Source of the DNA: Candidatus Babeliales bacterium
GTDB lineage: Bacteria > Babelota > Babeliae > Babelales > JANWKD01
Assembly (NCBI GenBank): GCA_963701665.1
Contig: OY969622.1
Location: 800,001-864,000, forward strand
Direction: 5' to 3'
Length of the DNA stretch: 64,000 bases
Made by a program: the position numbers and the translations under genes. The notes beneath the pieces were generated by a model that saw nothing but the letters and a program-made list of their open reading frames with translations, was not told where the DNA came from and did no database searches. Below, piece by piece: positions 9,501 through 20,302 of this stretch; positions within the stretch are counted from its first letter, which is position 1, and every line of letters starts with the position of its first letter.

Positions 9501-11218
9501 TGAAATTATATAGTAATTATACTAAAAAAATTATTTCGCTGGCACACGGATTCATCTTTTTTTTGAGTATTATACTTGTACGCCTCGTATATTTACAAAT
9601 TATTTCCGCACACAGTTTTAACGCACTCAGTATTAAAAATTTTTTGCGTGTAGAATCAATTGCGTGCCCTCGAGGCAATATTCTTGATTGTAATGGCACA
9701 CTTTTGGCAACCAACCGTCCCGTAACAACAATTTATTGGCAAGGTTCAGGTAATAAAACATTTACCGAGCCACAATGCGTAATCATAGAAAAAGTAAGTG
9801 AAATACTTACTATCCCCGTTGAAAATCTTACTCGATCATTACACTATGCTGAAAAAACAGCAACCATTGCTACGATCGCCTCAGACGTCTCATTCAAAGA
9901 GCTAAGCCTTATTATTGAACAGTTTCCTATGACACAGAATATTTATATCGATACGAGTTATAAGCGATTTTATCCCTACAAAAATGTCGCAAGCCATATT
10001 CTTGGTCATTTAAATAAAATGGATAAAGATACACAGGGGAAAATGGGCTTAGAAAAAATTTTACATACACAGCTGCAAGGCCAAGAAGGTCAGCTACAAA
10101 AAACAATCAATTCCGTGGGCAGTAAAATTCAAGAAACAGAGTTGAAAAAAGCACTCGCCGGCGATGATATTATAACAACGATCGATCTCCCCCTACAATT
10201 ATTAGCAGAATCACTTTTTCCCGATGGCTACGCGGGCACACTCATTCTCATGAATCCAAAAGATGGTGCCATTAAGGCACTCGTTTCAAAACCAAATTTT
10301 GATCCGAGCCTCTTTTTAGATGGCATCAAGCTTCCTGATTGGCAAGATTTACAACAAGGAAAACCGTTTTTAAATCGAGCGTTTGATACCTGCTATCCGC
10401 CCGCGTCTACGTTCAAATTAATTACCATAAGCGCGGCACTCGAGCAAGGTATCGTAAAACCGGATGATTGTCTTTATTGCACCGGCTACTTCAATTTTTT
10501 CGGCAGACGGTATTATTGTGATAAACGCTCGGGCCATGGACAAATTTCAGTAAAAGAGGCTGTTGCAAAATCATGCAACATATTATTTTATTACATCGCG
10601 ACTAAAATTTCAGTTGATCTCCTGGCCCATTATGCACACATTTTCGGCTTTGGCTCAAAAACAAATATTATTTTCCCTGAAAAATCCGGCCTCGTTCCCT
10701 CGTGTGAATGGAAACTCAAGGAAAAAGGCGAACGTTGGTGGCAGGGAGAAACATTATCATGTGCCATTGGACAAAGCTATTTATTGGCAACACCAATTCA
10801 AATCATGCGCATGATTTCCAGCATTTTCGAAGGCTATTTAGTGACACCGCGGATTCTTGAACAGGAGCCTATTGCGCGCGATCCCCTTCAACTTCAAGAA
10901 TCTACGCGAAAATTTCTAAAAAAATACATGAAATTAGCAGTAAAAATCGGCACGTGCGCCAAGTTAAAATCACTTAATGGTTTAAAAATATTTGCAAAAA
11001 CAGGAACTGCACAAACGTGCAGTTTATCGCGCGCTAAAAATATGGGACCAAATTCGATTCCTCATGCATGGTTTGTTTGTTATTTTTATTATGAAAAGGA
11101 CGAACCGCTTACCCTCGTTATTCTCATTGAACACGCGGGCAGTTCACGCGTTGCAACTTCCGTTGCAAAAGAATTTCTCAATGGGTATTACGCACAAAAA
11201 ATTTCATTCAAACAATAA
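9500..11218 (+). CDS. mrdA: Penicillin-binding protein 2 (class B transpeptidase)
   Basis: N-terminal TM, PRGNILD, SxxK (ASTFK), SxN (SCN), KTG (KTGTAQ), HAWF. Confidence 0.92.
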   Translation: MKLYSNYTKKIISLAHGFIFFLSIILVRLVYLQIISAHSFNALSIKNFLRVESIACPRGNILDCNGTLLATNRPVTTIYWQGSGNKTFTEPQCVIIEKVSEILTIPVENLTRSLHYAEKTATIATIASDVSFKELSLIIEQFPMTQNIYIDTSYKRFYPYKNVASHILGHLNKMDKDTQGKMGLEKILHTQLQGQEGQLQKTINSVGSKIQETELKKALAGDDIITTIDLPLQLLAESLFPDGYAGTLILMNPKDGAIKALVSKPNFDPSLFLDGIKLPDWQDLQQGKPFLNRAFDTCYPPASTFKLITISAALEQGIVKPDDCLYCTGYFNFFGRRYYCDKRSGHGQISVKEAVAKSCNILFYYIATKISVDLLAHYAHIFGFGSKTNIIFPEKSGLVPSCEWKLKEKGERWWQGETLSCAIGQSYLLATPIQIMRMISSIFEGYLVTPRILEQEPIARDPLQLQESTRKFLKKYMKLAVKIGTCAKLKSLNGLKIFAKTGTAQTCSLSRAKNMGPNSIPHAWFVCYFYYEKDEPLTLVILIEHAGSSRVATSVAKEFLNGYYAQKISFKQ

Positions 11219-11286
11219 TCACTTCTCATGGATCATTTAAAAAAATTATACTTTGTACTAATAACATTAATTAGTGTGAGGTAGTT

Positions 11287-12324
11287 ATGAATAACATTTG
11301 CTTTGTTATGCACATTTTTTTATTGAATACAATCCTTTTACATGCGCAAGATAATGAAGGTAAAAACGTAACACGGCCAAGATCTGCATCAACTGATTAT
11401 GCATTCACATCAAACAAGTCTCCCAAACGTTTTAAAAATCCCCAATTACAACAAGAAGCAGAAAACTATAACAAAACAATAGAAGATGGCGAGTGCTTAC
11501 AATGGGTTTTAAAACAAAAGCAATCAAATACTATTAAGGATAAACGTGCTCAATTTAGATGTGCCTTAAGATTATTCACTCACTATCAAACAGGTAATCT
11601 CGATGCAATTAACGAAGAAATACTACCTGATTTTAAGAAGGGAGTTTATGGTTTAGGTGCCGATTATCATTATAATCTGGGGTTGTATCATGAAAAAAAA
11701 GCTTTACAACATTTGAAGAACTATGGAGAACAATCACCTCGAACAAAAGTCACCCATCAAGTATTACGTAAAGCAATAAGTCGATGTGAAAAGGCACGAT
11801 TGGCAATACACGATGCTCATAGTATGAATGACGATCCAATAATTAAAGAAAAATTACATGAGATAAATGCATTGTACTTTAGGTTAAGTAGCATGTTAGA
11901 AAAAACACCTGAATATCGACAAGGCATTGAAAAAGCCAAGCTCGCTTATAAGAAACAAGAATCAGGTAAAGACAGCCTCAAACGATCTCAAGCAAAGACA
12001 CTCCAACAAACTACTTATTTGGACCTATTGGGCGAGGCTAAAAAGAGTCTCTTTGCCGCTGCCGATAATTATTTGGATTCTGCTCAGCTTATCTTAGACA
12101 GACACACATTAAGGGCTGCAGAAAAAAATTTAGACCAAATTCTCGACATTGAGACGGAACTCTATGAATCAAATCCAAATACCTACACTACTGAGCCTAG
12201 AATAAAAAGAGTACAAGAAACATTGGCAACATTAAAAGCAAAACTTAAAGATCAAGAAATGGGCATAAGTAGCGTTGAAGATAGCCTTGAATTTCCCGTT
12301 GATCATGAAAAAAGAAACTCATAG
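11287..12324 (+). CDS. Hypothetical secreted helical protein
   Basis: 345-aa ORF with a signal-peptide-like N-terminus (LLHA|QD); no recognisable family. Confidence 0.7.
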   Translation: MNNICFVMHIFLLNTILLHAQDNEGKNVTRPRSASTDYAFTSNKSPKRFKNPQLQQEAENYNKTIEDGECLQWVLKQKQSNTIKDKRAQFRCALRLFTHYQTGNLDAINEEILPDFKKGVYGLGADYHYNLGLYHEKKALQHLKNYGEQSPRTKVTHQVLRKAISRCEKARLAIHDAHSMNDDPIIKEKLHEINALYFRLSSMLEKTPEYRQGIEKAKLAYKKQESGKDSLKRSQAKTLQQTTYLDLLGEAKKSLFAAADNYLDSAQLILDRHTLRAAEKNLDQILDIETELYESNPNTYTTEPRIKRVQETLATLKAKLKDQEMGISSVEDSLEFPVDHEKRNS

Positions 12325-12428
12325 ACAATGCATTTATTTCTTTAAATCATAAGATTATATTCATTTTTATCTGATAAAACGTGTAGTATCATTTCAGATT
12401 AATGTTGCTATTTAGGTAAAGGGAATAC

Positions 12429-13553
12429 ATGAAAAAAATTATTTTTATCTTTGTTGTATTTCTTAATTTTAGTATTTATCCCATGAAAGATGATGATAAA
12501 AATAATGACTCATCTCATGCGCACCAAGCACAATCATTGAGCAGAGGTGATAACTCTTTAGGTGAATTGAAGAGGCACAGAAGACGAAGATCTTTGACTG
12601 ATAGCACAGCTAAAAAAATTATAAAAAAAAAAGATCTCACTGTACCTGAAAATTTAGTTTACCCCAGAAAACACCCAAAAGATACAACGCCAACTTTTTT
12701 ACATCCTATACTCTATATGGTAGGAAAACGTCCCGGAGCTAGGGCGCAAGCGCAGGGATTACAAATTTTAAAATTTTTTATTGAAAAGTACGACGATCCA
12801 TATAAAAAAGAATGCCTTATAGAGATCACAGAATATTTCATACGTCTTCATAAAGTAAAATGTAATAAGTATCTAAAGGAAAGCGAACTCTACTTTAACG
12901 CAGAAAAAATCCCCAATGCAAGCACACGGCAAATACAATTACTCAAAGCACAACAAAAAACAAAACAAGCTTTAAAACATCTCCAATTGGAGGCAAATTT
13001 AAGGCAAGAAAAAGTTGAAAAATTGCCAGAATTCCAAGAAACAACTAACCAGATGCAACAAATACAAAAAGAATTGGGTTCAACGCCGAATTATACGATA
13101 ATATCTGAGCTTCAAGCTAAAGCTGAAGCAAAAGAAAGATTAGCCCAAGAACAGTTAAGGGCTGCTCTTGAAGCAAAAAGTGAATCAACATCCTATCCTG
13201 AGGCTGCAGAGTTATCAAAAAATAATAAATCAACGAAATCGGGAGTGCTCACGATCTTAGCGGATAAAAGGAAAAATTTAGAACTATTACGTGAAAAAAA
13301 AGGGGGATCATTAACTTCATTTTTGATGAGAAAACCCGAATCGCACGATAAAGAGGTCAGTGTAGTTTCACCGAATGTAGGTCAACATACATTTGATGCC
13401 TTTCCACCCAATCCACAAAAAAAAGTAAGGAAATTTCAAGTTACCCACGAACAATCACAAGGTAAGGCAGTTACTCTTGAACGAAAAGTACACCAAGGGG
13501 ATAAGAAAAAAGGACAGGAGAAAAACTCAAGTTCGGATGAGGAAAGCGCATAA
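12429..13553 (+). CDS. Hypothetical secreted, charged coiled-coil protein
   Basis: MKKIIFIFVVFLNFSIYP signal; basic cluster KRHRRRRS. Confidence 0.7.
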   Translation: MKKIIFIFVVFLNFSIYPMKDDDKNNDSSHAHQAQSLSRGDNSLGELKRHRRRRSLTDSTAKKIIKKKDLTVPENLVYPRKHPKDTTPTFLHPILYMVGKRPGARAQAQGLQILKFFIEKYDDPYKKECLIEITEYFIRLHKVKCNKYLKESELYFNAEKIPNASTRQIQLLKAQQKTKQALKHLQLEANLRQEKVEKLPEFQETTNQMQQIQKELGSTPNYTIISELQAKAEAKERLAQEQLRAALEAKSESTSYPEAAELSKNNKSTKSGVLTILADKRKNLELLREKKGGSLTSFLMRKPESHDKEVSVVSPNVGQHTFDAFPPNPQKKVRKFQVTHEQSQGKAVTLERKVHQGDKKKGQEKNSSSDEESA

Positions 13554-13588
13554 AAAAAAGGAGAATAACTATAATCGTTCTCCTTTTA
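13552..13588. terminator. Bidirectional terminator
   Basis: AAAAGGAGAA...TTCTCCTTTT hairpin between the convergent hypothetical gene and rpsT. Confidence 0.6.
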
Positions 13589-13595
13589 ACAACGC

Positions 13596-13868
13596 TTACT
13601 TTTTATTTGCAGCATTAATTTTTTTTGCAAGACGACTTACTTTTCGTGAAGCCGATTTAGGATGCAGCGTATTTTTACCTTTAGCGCGTGCCAACTTTGA
13701 TTCAGCATCTCTAAGAAGTGATTGCAAGGTAGTGCTATCTTCTTTGCTTTCGAGAGCCACTAACACTTTTTTAACTGCTGTTTTGAGAGATGTTTTGCGA
13801 ATGAGATTTTTCTGGCGACGAGTAATATTTTTTCGTGCCTGTTTTTTTGCTGATTTTGTATTTGCCAT
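13596..13868 (-). CDS. rpsT: 30S ribosomal protein S20
   Basis: MANTKSAKKQAR...LHPKSASRKVSRL. Confidence 0.96.
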   Translation of the reverse strand: MANTKSAKKQARKNITRRQKNLIRKTSLKTAVKKVLVALESKEDSTTLQSLLRDAESKLARAKGKNTLHPKSASRKVSRLAKKINAANKK

Positions 13869-13887
13869 TGTTTAGTGAACCCTATTT

Positions 13888-14085
13888 CTAAATTACTTTT
13901 TCAACTTTGCCCGCTTTGACACATTTAGTACATACTGCGCCACGTTTAACATTTTTAGTACCAGTCATGGTGAATGAAATTTTATGAACGTTTGGGTAGG
14001 TCCAACGTTTAACTCTATTTCGAGCATGACTGACTAAGTTGCCAACATGAGGGCGTTTCGTACATACAACACAAATTCTTGACAT
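13888..14085 (-). CDS. rpmB: 50S ribosomal protein L28 (Zn-ribbon form)
   Basis: MSRICVVC...GNLVSHARNRVKRWTYPNV...VCTKCVK. Confidence 0.95.
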   Translation of the reverse strand: MSRICVVCTKRPHVGNLVSHARNRVKRWTYPNVHKISFTMTGTKNVKRGAVCTKCVKAGKVEKVI

Positions 14086-14177
14086 GATGCCCAAAATCCT
14101 TTCATAGACTAATAAATCTTTATAAGTATAGCTTATATACCTATTTTTTCAACACACTAATTCCCGCATATAAGCTT

Positions 14178-16820
14178 TTAAGACAACTTAAAATCCTGAC
14201 GAGGTTCAATCCCAAGAAGGGCGTAAATTTCACTGGCAAATAATGTTTCTTTTTCATATAAAACGTTAGCCAACTTCTCGAGCTTATCACGATTGTTTTT
14301 CAAGAGTTGAATAACCTTTTGGTAAGAGCTTTCAAGCAACTTTTGTACCTCAGCATCGATACGTTCAGCTGTTTTTTGGGAGTATTGGTATTCACCCTGG
14401 TTTTGGGTATATACCACTGGCCCCATTTCCTCTGACATACCATAATGGCATACCATTTTACGCGCTATTTCAGTAGCTTTTTCAAAATCATTAGAAGCCC
14501 CGGTAGCAAGCACATTAAAGACTAATTCTTCAGCCGCTCGCCCGCCTAAGCATACCATGATTACCGCAAGCATTTCCTCCCTCGTTTGAGTATATTTGTC
14601 TTTCTCCGGTAGCGAGTGCGTTACTCCTAACGCTCGACCACGCGGAATAATAGTAACTTTATGGAGTGGGTCACTATGTTCTGGCATCAGTAATCTAACG
14701 AGCGCATGTCCTGATTCATGAAATGCGGTAATTTTTCGTTCTTCTGGGGAAAGTATAATAGTCTTAAGTGCTTTACCCAGCATCATTTTATCACTCGCTT
14801 CTTCAAAATCATGAACGGTAACAAATTCTTGTTGCGGATCTTTTGAAGCATTTAAAGCAGCTTCATTGACTAAATTAGCTAGATCAGCGCCCGAAAATCC
14901 TGGTGTTCCGCGAGCAATTTTGCTCAAGTCAACGGCAACATCTAATTTTACATTTTTAGCATGGAGCTTTAATATTTTTTCTCGACAGGTAATATCGGGA
15001 TAAGGAACTTCTACACGTCTATCAAATCTGCCCGGTCGTAAAAGTGCTTTATCGAGTGTTTCTGGTCTGTTTGTTGCAGCCATAACAATCACCGATGTTC
15101 CTTCAGTATCAAAGCCATCCATTTCTGTTAATAACTGATTGAGGGTTTGGTTACGTTCTTCATGGCCACCAATACCAGTCACCCGTTTAGCACCAACTGC
15201 ATCAATTTCATCAATGAATATGATACTTGGATTGTGCTTGCGCGCCTGGTTAAATAAATCACGCACGCGTGAAGCGCCAACACCAACATACATTTCAACA
15301 AATTCCGAAGCACTCACCGAAAAGAAAGGGCAATTTGCTTCGCCAGCAACTGCCTTTGCGAGCAATGTTTTACCATTACCCGGCTCACCGACAAGCAAAA
15401 TACCACGGGTGATTTTAGCACCAAGGCGCTTATAGCGTTCGGGATTCTTCAAAAAGTCGACGACATCTTTTAATTCTTCTTTTGCTTCTTCAACACCAGC
15501 TACATCAGCAAAGGTACATTTGACTTGAGATGGCATAAATAATTTTGCTTTTGCATTGCCTTTTGCTGCAGTACTAAGATTTGATGATTGATTTCTTTGC
15601 GATTCAAGCATAACTTTATGCGCTTCTTCAAGATCCTGCTGATCAACACATTCTTTATTTTTTTTAGAAGCATTAATTGCTGCTTTATTCATAAGATTTG
15701 CAAGATCAGCACCGCTAAAGCCTGCAGTTTCTTCAGCAACTTTTTTTAAGTTAACATCCGCACTCATCTTCAATGCTTGAGCGTTTATTGCTAAAATTTG
15801 TTCTCGGCTTGGCGTATCAGGAAATGAAACTTCAACACGGCGATCAAATCTTCCTGGTCGTAAAAGCGCTTTATCTAAAACATCAGGCATATTTGTTGCG
15901 GCAATAACAATGACTGAAGATCCAGCCGTATCAAAACCATCCATTTCAGTAAGTAATTGGTTGAGCGTTTGCTCACGTTCATCGTGACCCCCGCCAAAAC
16001 CACTCCCTCGTTGACGACCAATAGCATCTATTTCATCAATGAAAACAATACTTGGCGCGTGTTTACGAGCTTGTGCAAAAAGATCACGCACGCGTGCAGC
16101 ACCAACGCCAACAAAAACCTCGATAAAATCTGAACCAGTAATACTGAAAAACGGGCAATTTGCTTCGCCAGCGACTGCTTTTGCAAGTAAGGTTTTACCA
16201 TTCCCTGGCTCACCTATCAATAAAACACCGCGGGTAACTTTAGCCCCTAATCGCTTGTATTTTTCGGGATTTTTCAAGAAATCTACAACATCTTTAAGCT
16301 CTTCTTTTGCGTCGTGGGCACCTGCCACCGATTTAAAGGTAACTTTTATCGTAGAAGGCATAAACATTTTTGCTTTACTTTTGCCCATACTAAAGATATT
16401 ACTGCCGCCGCCTGAACCACGACTTTGTTTGAAGAAATACCAAAAACCAAGTGGCATAAGAAGGAAAGAAGCAATCAACAGTAAATGCCAGAAACTAAAC
16501 TGTGATGATAACGGCGCGACTGAGAATTGAACATTATGGTCACGCAAGAGATCAAGATTCTTTGGATTATCAGCAACGACGGTTTCAAAATGGGTATCAT
16601 CTTTCATGATGCCATACACATCTTGACCATTGATATGTACTGATTTTACTTCATTATTTTCAATTGCATCCAAATACTTTGAATAAGAAATATTTTTTAC
16701 TTGTCGCGTGTAATCAGTTAATTTAGTGAGTAACGCGATAGATATTACAAAGAAAAGGACTACAAAGACTAAGTGTTTAGGCCCGCGTGCAAAAGGATTA
16801 TTTTTTAATTTGTGTCTCAT
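14178..16820 (-). CDS. ftsH: ATP-dependent zinc metalloprotease FtsH with two tandem AAA+ modules
   Basis: Two TM helices, two complete AAA modules ([22 protein letters not shown] each twice), M41 HESGH and GASND; start probably MRHK at 16820. Confidence 0.93.
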   Translation of the reverse strand: MRHKLKNNPFARGPKHLVFVVLFFVISIALLTKLTDYTRQVKNISYSKYLDAIENNEVKSVHINGQDVYGIMKDDTHFETVVADNPKNLDLLRDHNVQFSVAPLSSQFSFWHLLLIASFLLMPLGFWYFFKQSRGSGGGSNIFSMGKSKAKMFMPSTIKVTFKSVAGAHDAKEELKDVVDFLKNPEKYKRLGAKVTRGVLLIGEPGNGKTLLAKAVAGEANCPFFSITGSDFIEVFVGVGAARVRDLFAQARKHAPSIVFIDEIDAIGRQRGSGFGGGHDEREQTLNQLLTEMDGFDTAGSSVIVIAATNMPDVLDKALLRPGRFDRRVEVSFPDTPSREQILAINAQALKMSADVNLKKVAEETAGFSGADLANLMNKAAINASKKNKECVDQQDLEEAHKVMLESQRNQSSNLSTAAKGNAKAKLFMPSQVKCTFADVAGVEEAKEELKDVVDFLKNPERYKRLGAKITRGILLVGEPGNGKTLLAKAVAGEANCPFFSVSASEFVEMYVGVGASRVRDLFNQARKHNPSIIFIDEIDAVGAKRVTGIGGHEERNQTLNQLLTEMDGFDTEGTSVIVMAATNRPETLDKALLRPGRFDRRVEVPYPDITCREKILKLHAKNVKLDVAVDLSKIARGTPGFSGADLANLVNEAALNASKDPQQEFVTVHDFEEASDKMMLGKALKTIILSPEERKITAFHESGHALVRLLMPEHSDPLHKVTIIPRGRALGVTHSLPEKDKYTQTREEMLAVIMVCLGGRAAEELVFNVLATGASNDFEKATEIARKMVCHYGMSEEMGPVVYTQNQGEYQYSQKTAERIDAEVQKLLESSYQKVIQLLKNNRDKLEKLANVLYEKETLFASEIYALLGIEPRQDFKLS

Positions 16821-16997
16821 AATACACCCATTCTTACTTAAATTTTCACATAAAATTGGAGCATAAGCCATTTCGTGACAGAATCATGAAATGGATCTGA
16901 TAATATATTCTAATTGTACTATAAAATATAAAAAATTGAAAGTTCTGAGTAATTATATTATAAAAGATGCGTACTGTCGATCTTTTCTGAAGAAAAA

Positions 16998-18305
16998 TTA
17001 GGCGAAAATACCTATATCAGCATACTTGCCGGACCAGGCAGGGTAACTACATTCTTCGCCCTCTTTTGTTAAGAAAAACCGTTCTTGGGTAATCATATTT
17101 TGGACAGCGATTCTGCTTTTCTGCCCTTCTTTATAGACATACGCAAGATAATTCCCACAGGGTGACCAGGTACATTCATCCTTACTCCCTCGGTCAAAAG
17201 TAAGCTGATAATGTTCATTGGTAGTCCTATTATACACGAAAATTTGCATATCGTTACCAATTAACTTTGAATAGGCCACTCTGCCTGTTTTATCACATAC
17301 TTGGGGCGAAGCACAATACCCCCCCTGGGTTATCCGCCTTATAAGGCCAGTATCATGGCTTAGAAGGTAAATTTGTGGGCTTTTGGTTTCATAATCAGAG
17401 CAAAAAATAATGTCCCCATTGGCACAAATGTTGGGGGAAGTATTATTTCCTTGGTTAAACGTTATACGCCGATTAACGCCCTTTCTTGATGTGGCATCTA
17501 TATAATAAAGGTATATCTGGCAACTATTTTTGTGCGAGGCACAATAGGCCACTTTTTGACCGTCGGGAGAAAAGTTGGCTAGCATAGTCAATCCATCACC
17601 ATTCGATATGATTTTCCTCTTGCCATCCAACTGAGCAGCCATCAATCTAATATTGGCTGGTGTTACTTCAGAATATAATACCGAAGGATTGTTATTATCT
17701 TTATTCCAACGGGGTCCTAATAGTTTACCACCCTGCACCAAGGTAACTGGTACATCATGAGCGCATGGATCTTGAATGACAATGTTCTTTAAACATTTTT
17801 TACCTTTTTTGACGGTAGTGCAATACGCAATCTTCGTTAAAAAAACACTTTCTTGTCCCGTTAATACCTGCCAGATTTGATCTGCAACACTATGAGCAGT
17901 TGCTTTTGCTGATTTTTGTAAACGCACTTTTTTGCCATCAAGCATGGTACCATTCTGAGTATCGTATATACGCCATTCAACAGTATCGCCACTATACGAA
18001 AGAAAAATTACTACCGAAAAGCCTTGGTCAAAAAAAGTTCGTATTGTTTTTTTTGTTGGTATTTTGGCTAGTACATCCCAATGAACATTAAACCCACTCA
18101 GTTTTTGCTCGGAACATGTTAAATCTTGTGCAACTTTTTTTACAATTGCGCCTAACTCTTGGGAAGTATCCAATGCGATAAGCAGCAATTTCATTTTTTC
18201 TTGCTGTTGACGTGTTGCATCAACTTTTATCGTTTGCTTTGGCATTTGCATAGCATGCACACACCAAATGCTTCCCGCCAACCAAATTAAATGCATCAAT
18301 TTCAT
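16998..18305 (-). CDS. tolB: TolB-like beta-propeller protein
   Basis: Signal peptide, TolB N-domain (AHSVADQI), PD40-like repeats (FSPDGQKVAY, WSPCGNYLAY); tol cluster context. Confidence 0.85.
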   Translation of the reverse strand: MKLMHLIWLAGSIWCVHAMQMPKQTIKVDATRQQQEKMKLLLIALDTSQELGAIVKKVAQDLTCSEQKLSGFNVHWDVLAKIPTKKTIRTFFDQGFSVVIFLSYSGDTVEWRIYDTQNGTMLDGKKVRLQKSAKATAHSVADQIWQVLTGQESVFLTKIAYCTTVKKGKKCLKNIVIQDPCAHDVPVTLVQGGKLLGPRWNKDNNNPSVLYSEVTPANIRLMAAQLDGKRKIISNGDGLTMLANFSPDGQKVAYCASHKNSCQIYLYYIDATSRKGVNRRITFNQGNNTSPNICANGDIIFCSDYETKSPQIYLLSHDTGLIRRITQGGYCASPQVCDKTGRVAYSKLIGNDMQIFVYNRTTNEHYQLTFDRGSKDECTWSPCGNYLAYVYKEGQKSRIAVQNMITQERFFLTKEGEECSYPAWSGKYADIGIFA

Positions 18306-18324
18306 AACGTTGCCCCTCGGATGA

Positions 18325-19113
18325 TTAAAAAATTAATTCAATTTCGGTATGCCATAACGCGCGCGGGAAAGGATATTGAGCGACAAAATTCTTTACCATA
18401 ATATCAAGAGCGAGCGCGTGCGATGACTTCACAATGGTCACCGTACGCTCGGTTTCAGAACGTACGCATACTTTTACATGACATTGTTCAGTCGAGGGTA
18501 TATTCGTCGGACGTCGCCATGTTTTTGCGATGCCCGCTTTTATTTCGTTACACAAGGTAATTAATGCTAAATCATAATGACCAACTTGCTGTAGAGTTGT
18601 TGTCGTTGTAGCAGTATCGATCATCGCAGGCATTTTCTGCGAGGGTTGAGCTCGAACTACCGGTTCGATTTTTTTAGTTTTTTCTTTTTTAATGTCAGGT
18701 TTTTTTTCTACTTCTTTTTTTACCGATTTTTGTGGTTCGGGTATCGGTAATTTTTTGGCAGGTTCCTCTTTTTTCTTTTGAGGCTCTTGAATTTTCTTTG
18801 GCTGTAATTCTTTTGCTATCTGCGTCGTTGGCTGTGCACTCGGAACTTTTTTTTGTGCACGCGTTTCTTTTACTGCCTGCGCACGCGTTTGTGCGTTTGG
18901 CGTAATAGTTTTTATAAGCGGCACTAAGACAACCGTTGTACCATCAGAAATATCATGCAAGCGCACTATGTGGGCCAATCGCCACGATTGCACCATCATA
19001 AGTGCAAGAAAAAAAATCAGATGTAAGGTTGCTGAAAAAAATACGAGCTTTGTAAGAAAGATTGTTTTTCTAGGCAGCTTTGGTAGCAAGCTTTTCAGTT
19101 GCAATGGCAACAT
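18325..19113 (-). CDS. TolA/TonB-like energy transducer
   Basis: TM with S-x-x-x-H (SATLH), Lys/Pro/Glu-rich linker, C-terminal IAKTWRRP domain; lies between tolR and tolB. Confidence 0.7.
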   Translation of the reverse strand: MLPLQLKSLLPKLPRKTIFLTKLVFFSATLHLIFFLALMMVQSWRLAHIVRLHDISDGTTVVLVPLIKTITPNAQTRAQAVKETRAQKKVPSAQPTTQIAKELQPKKIQEPQKKKEEPAKKLPIPEPQKSVKKEVEKKPDIKKEKTKKIEPVVRAQPSQKMPAMIDTATTTTTLQQVGHYDLALITLCNEIKAGIAKTWRRPTNIPSTEQCHVKVCVRSETERTVTIVKSSHALALDIMVKNFVAQYPFPRALWHTEIELIF

Positions 19114-19516
19114 CTTTCACTCCTCCAACTACCTTGATTTGATCAATGACGCTTATTAAGATATTTGCTGAACAGGATTGTTGACGATCAACACGCACCC
19201 ATACACGTTTTGACTGTGCAGGATTGCCCACTGCTGAAAGACATTGTTTGATTTCTTGCCCAATAGTTTCAAGCGTTACCGGCTTATTATTGCAATAAAT
19301 TTTTTCTTCTTTATCAATAGAGATAACAATTTCTTGTTGTTCTTTACCAGCTTCTTGCGCAGCTCCTTTTGGCAAATCAATTTTGATAGAATTCTGAAGC
19401 ATGGGCGTTGTAACCATAAAAATTATAAGCAAGGTCAATGCCGTATCGATCAACGGCGTCAGCGTAATTTCCAGTGAAGGTGAAAGAGATTTTTTTCTTC
19501 GTCTCAATGATTGCAT
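19070..19516 (-). CDS. tolR: TolR/ExbD family protein
   Basis: ITLTPLIDTALTLLIIFMVTTPM, IDLP. Confidence 0.88.
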   Translation of the reverse strand: MQSLRRRKKSLSPSLEITLTPLIDTALTLLIIFMVTTPMLQNSIKIDLPKGAAQEAGKEQQEIVISIDKEEKIYCNNKPVTLETIGQEIKQCLSAVGNPAQSKRVWVRVDRQQSCSANILISVIDQIKVVGGVKDVAIATEKLATKAA

Positions 19517-19520
19517 GCAA

Positions 19521-20228
19521 TCAATCTCCTTTCAATAATTCCTTGCGAACAAAAATTTTTTGGATAATCCAATGAAATTTATCAGCTACTTTATAGAGCT
19601 CGTGTTCAACAATGCGAATTTGCGCAATCAAAAAATGGTACATAACGAGCGCAGGAACTGCAACAAGCAAACCAGCGAGGGTGGTAATCAACGCTTCTGC
19701 AATACCGGGTGCTACCGTGGCGATGTCGGCTGATTGTTTTTCACTTATGCGAATGAACGCGTGTACTAATCCCCACACAGTACCGAACAATCCTAATAAT
19801 GGTGAAACTGATGCACTCGTAAATAAAAATGGTAAGTATGATTCTTCCGTACGCATTAAATCTTCGAGCGTTTCTTCAAGTTGTTGTCGTAAATAAGAAC
19901 ATTCTTGCTGCGTAAGATGTGTTTTGCCAGCATCATGCTCAAGAAGTGATTTTAAAATGATGAGATTTCTTTTTAAAAAATAACCGGGCAACGTATCGAT
20001 CATGGCTGAAGCAACCATTCTCATTTCTTCAAACGTTTGCACTTCCCGTAACCGTTCCAGCATCATTGAAAGTTGTCTTTTTTTCAGGCGTAACAAGATG
20101 ACTTTATAAAGAAAAATTGTCCAACAGATAATCGACATACACAAAAGTGTTAGCAGAACAAGCTTTGTTACAAAATCTGATTGAATTACTAATAACCATA
20201 GTGCATTGCCATTCAAATTATACCACAT
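19521..20228 (-). CDS. tolQ: TolQ/ExbB (MotA family) proton channel
   Basis: SPLLGLFGTVWG, VAPGIAEALITTLAGLLVAVPA. Confidence 0.9.
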   Translation of the reverse strand: MWYNLNGNALWLLVIQSDFVTKLVLLTLLCMSIICWTIFLYKVILLRLKKRQLSMMLERLREVQTFEEMRMVASAMIDTLPGYFLKRNLIILKSLLEHDAGKTHLTQQECSYLRQQLEETLEDLMRTEESYLPFLFTSASVSPLLGLFGTVWGLVHAFIRISEKQSADIATVAPGIAEALITTLAGLLVAVPALVMYHFLIAQIRIVEHELYKVADKFHWIIQKIFVRKELLKGD

Positions 20229-20302
20229 ATTTTTTAAATCCTTTTATTCAAGGGTAGTTTATGCATCTTAGTGTAACGCAGAGTGAGGGTTATTAACAAG
20301 AA

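Noticed and set aside
13477..16530. Plus-strand ORFs opposite rpsT and ftsH (13477-13875, 15139-15435, 16039-16530)
   Set aside because: Antisense shadows of conserved genes
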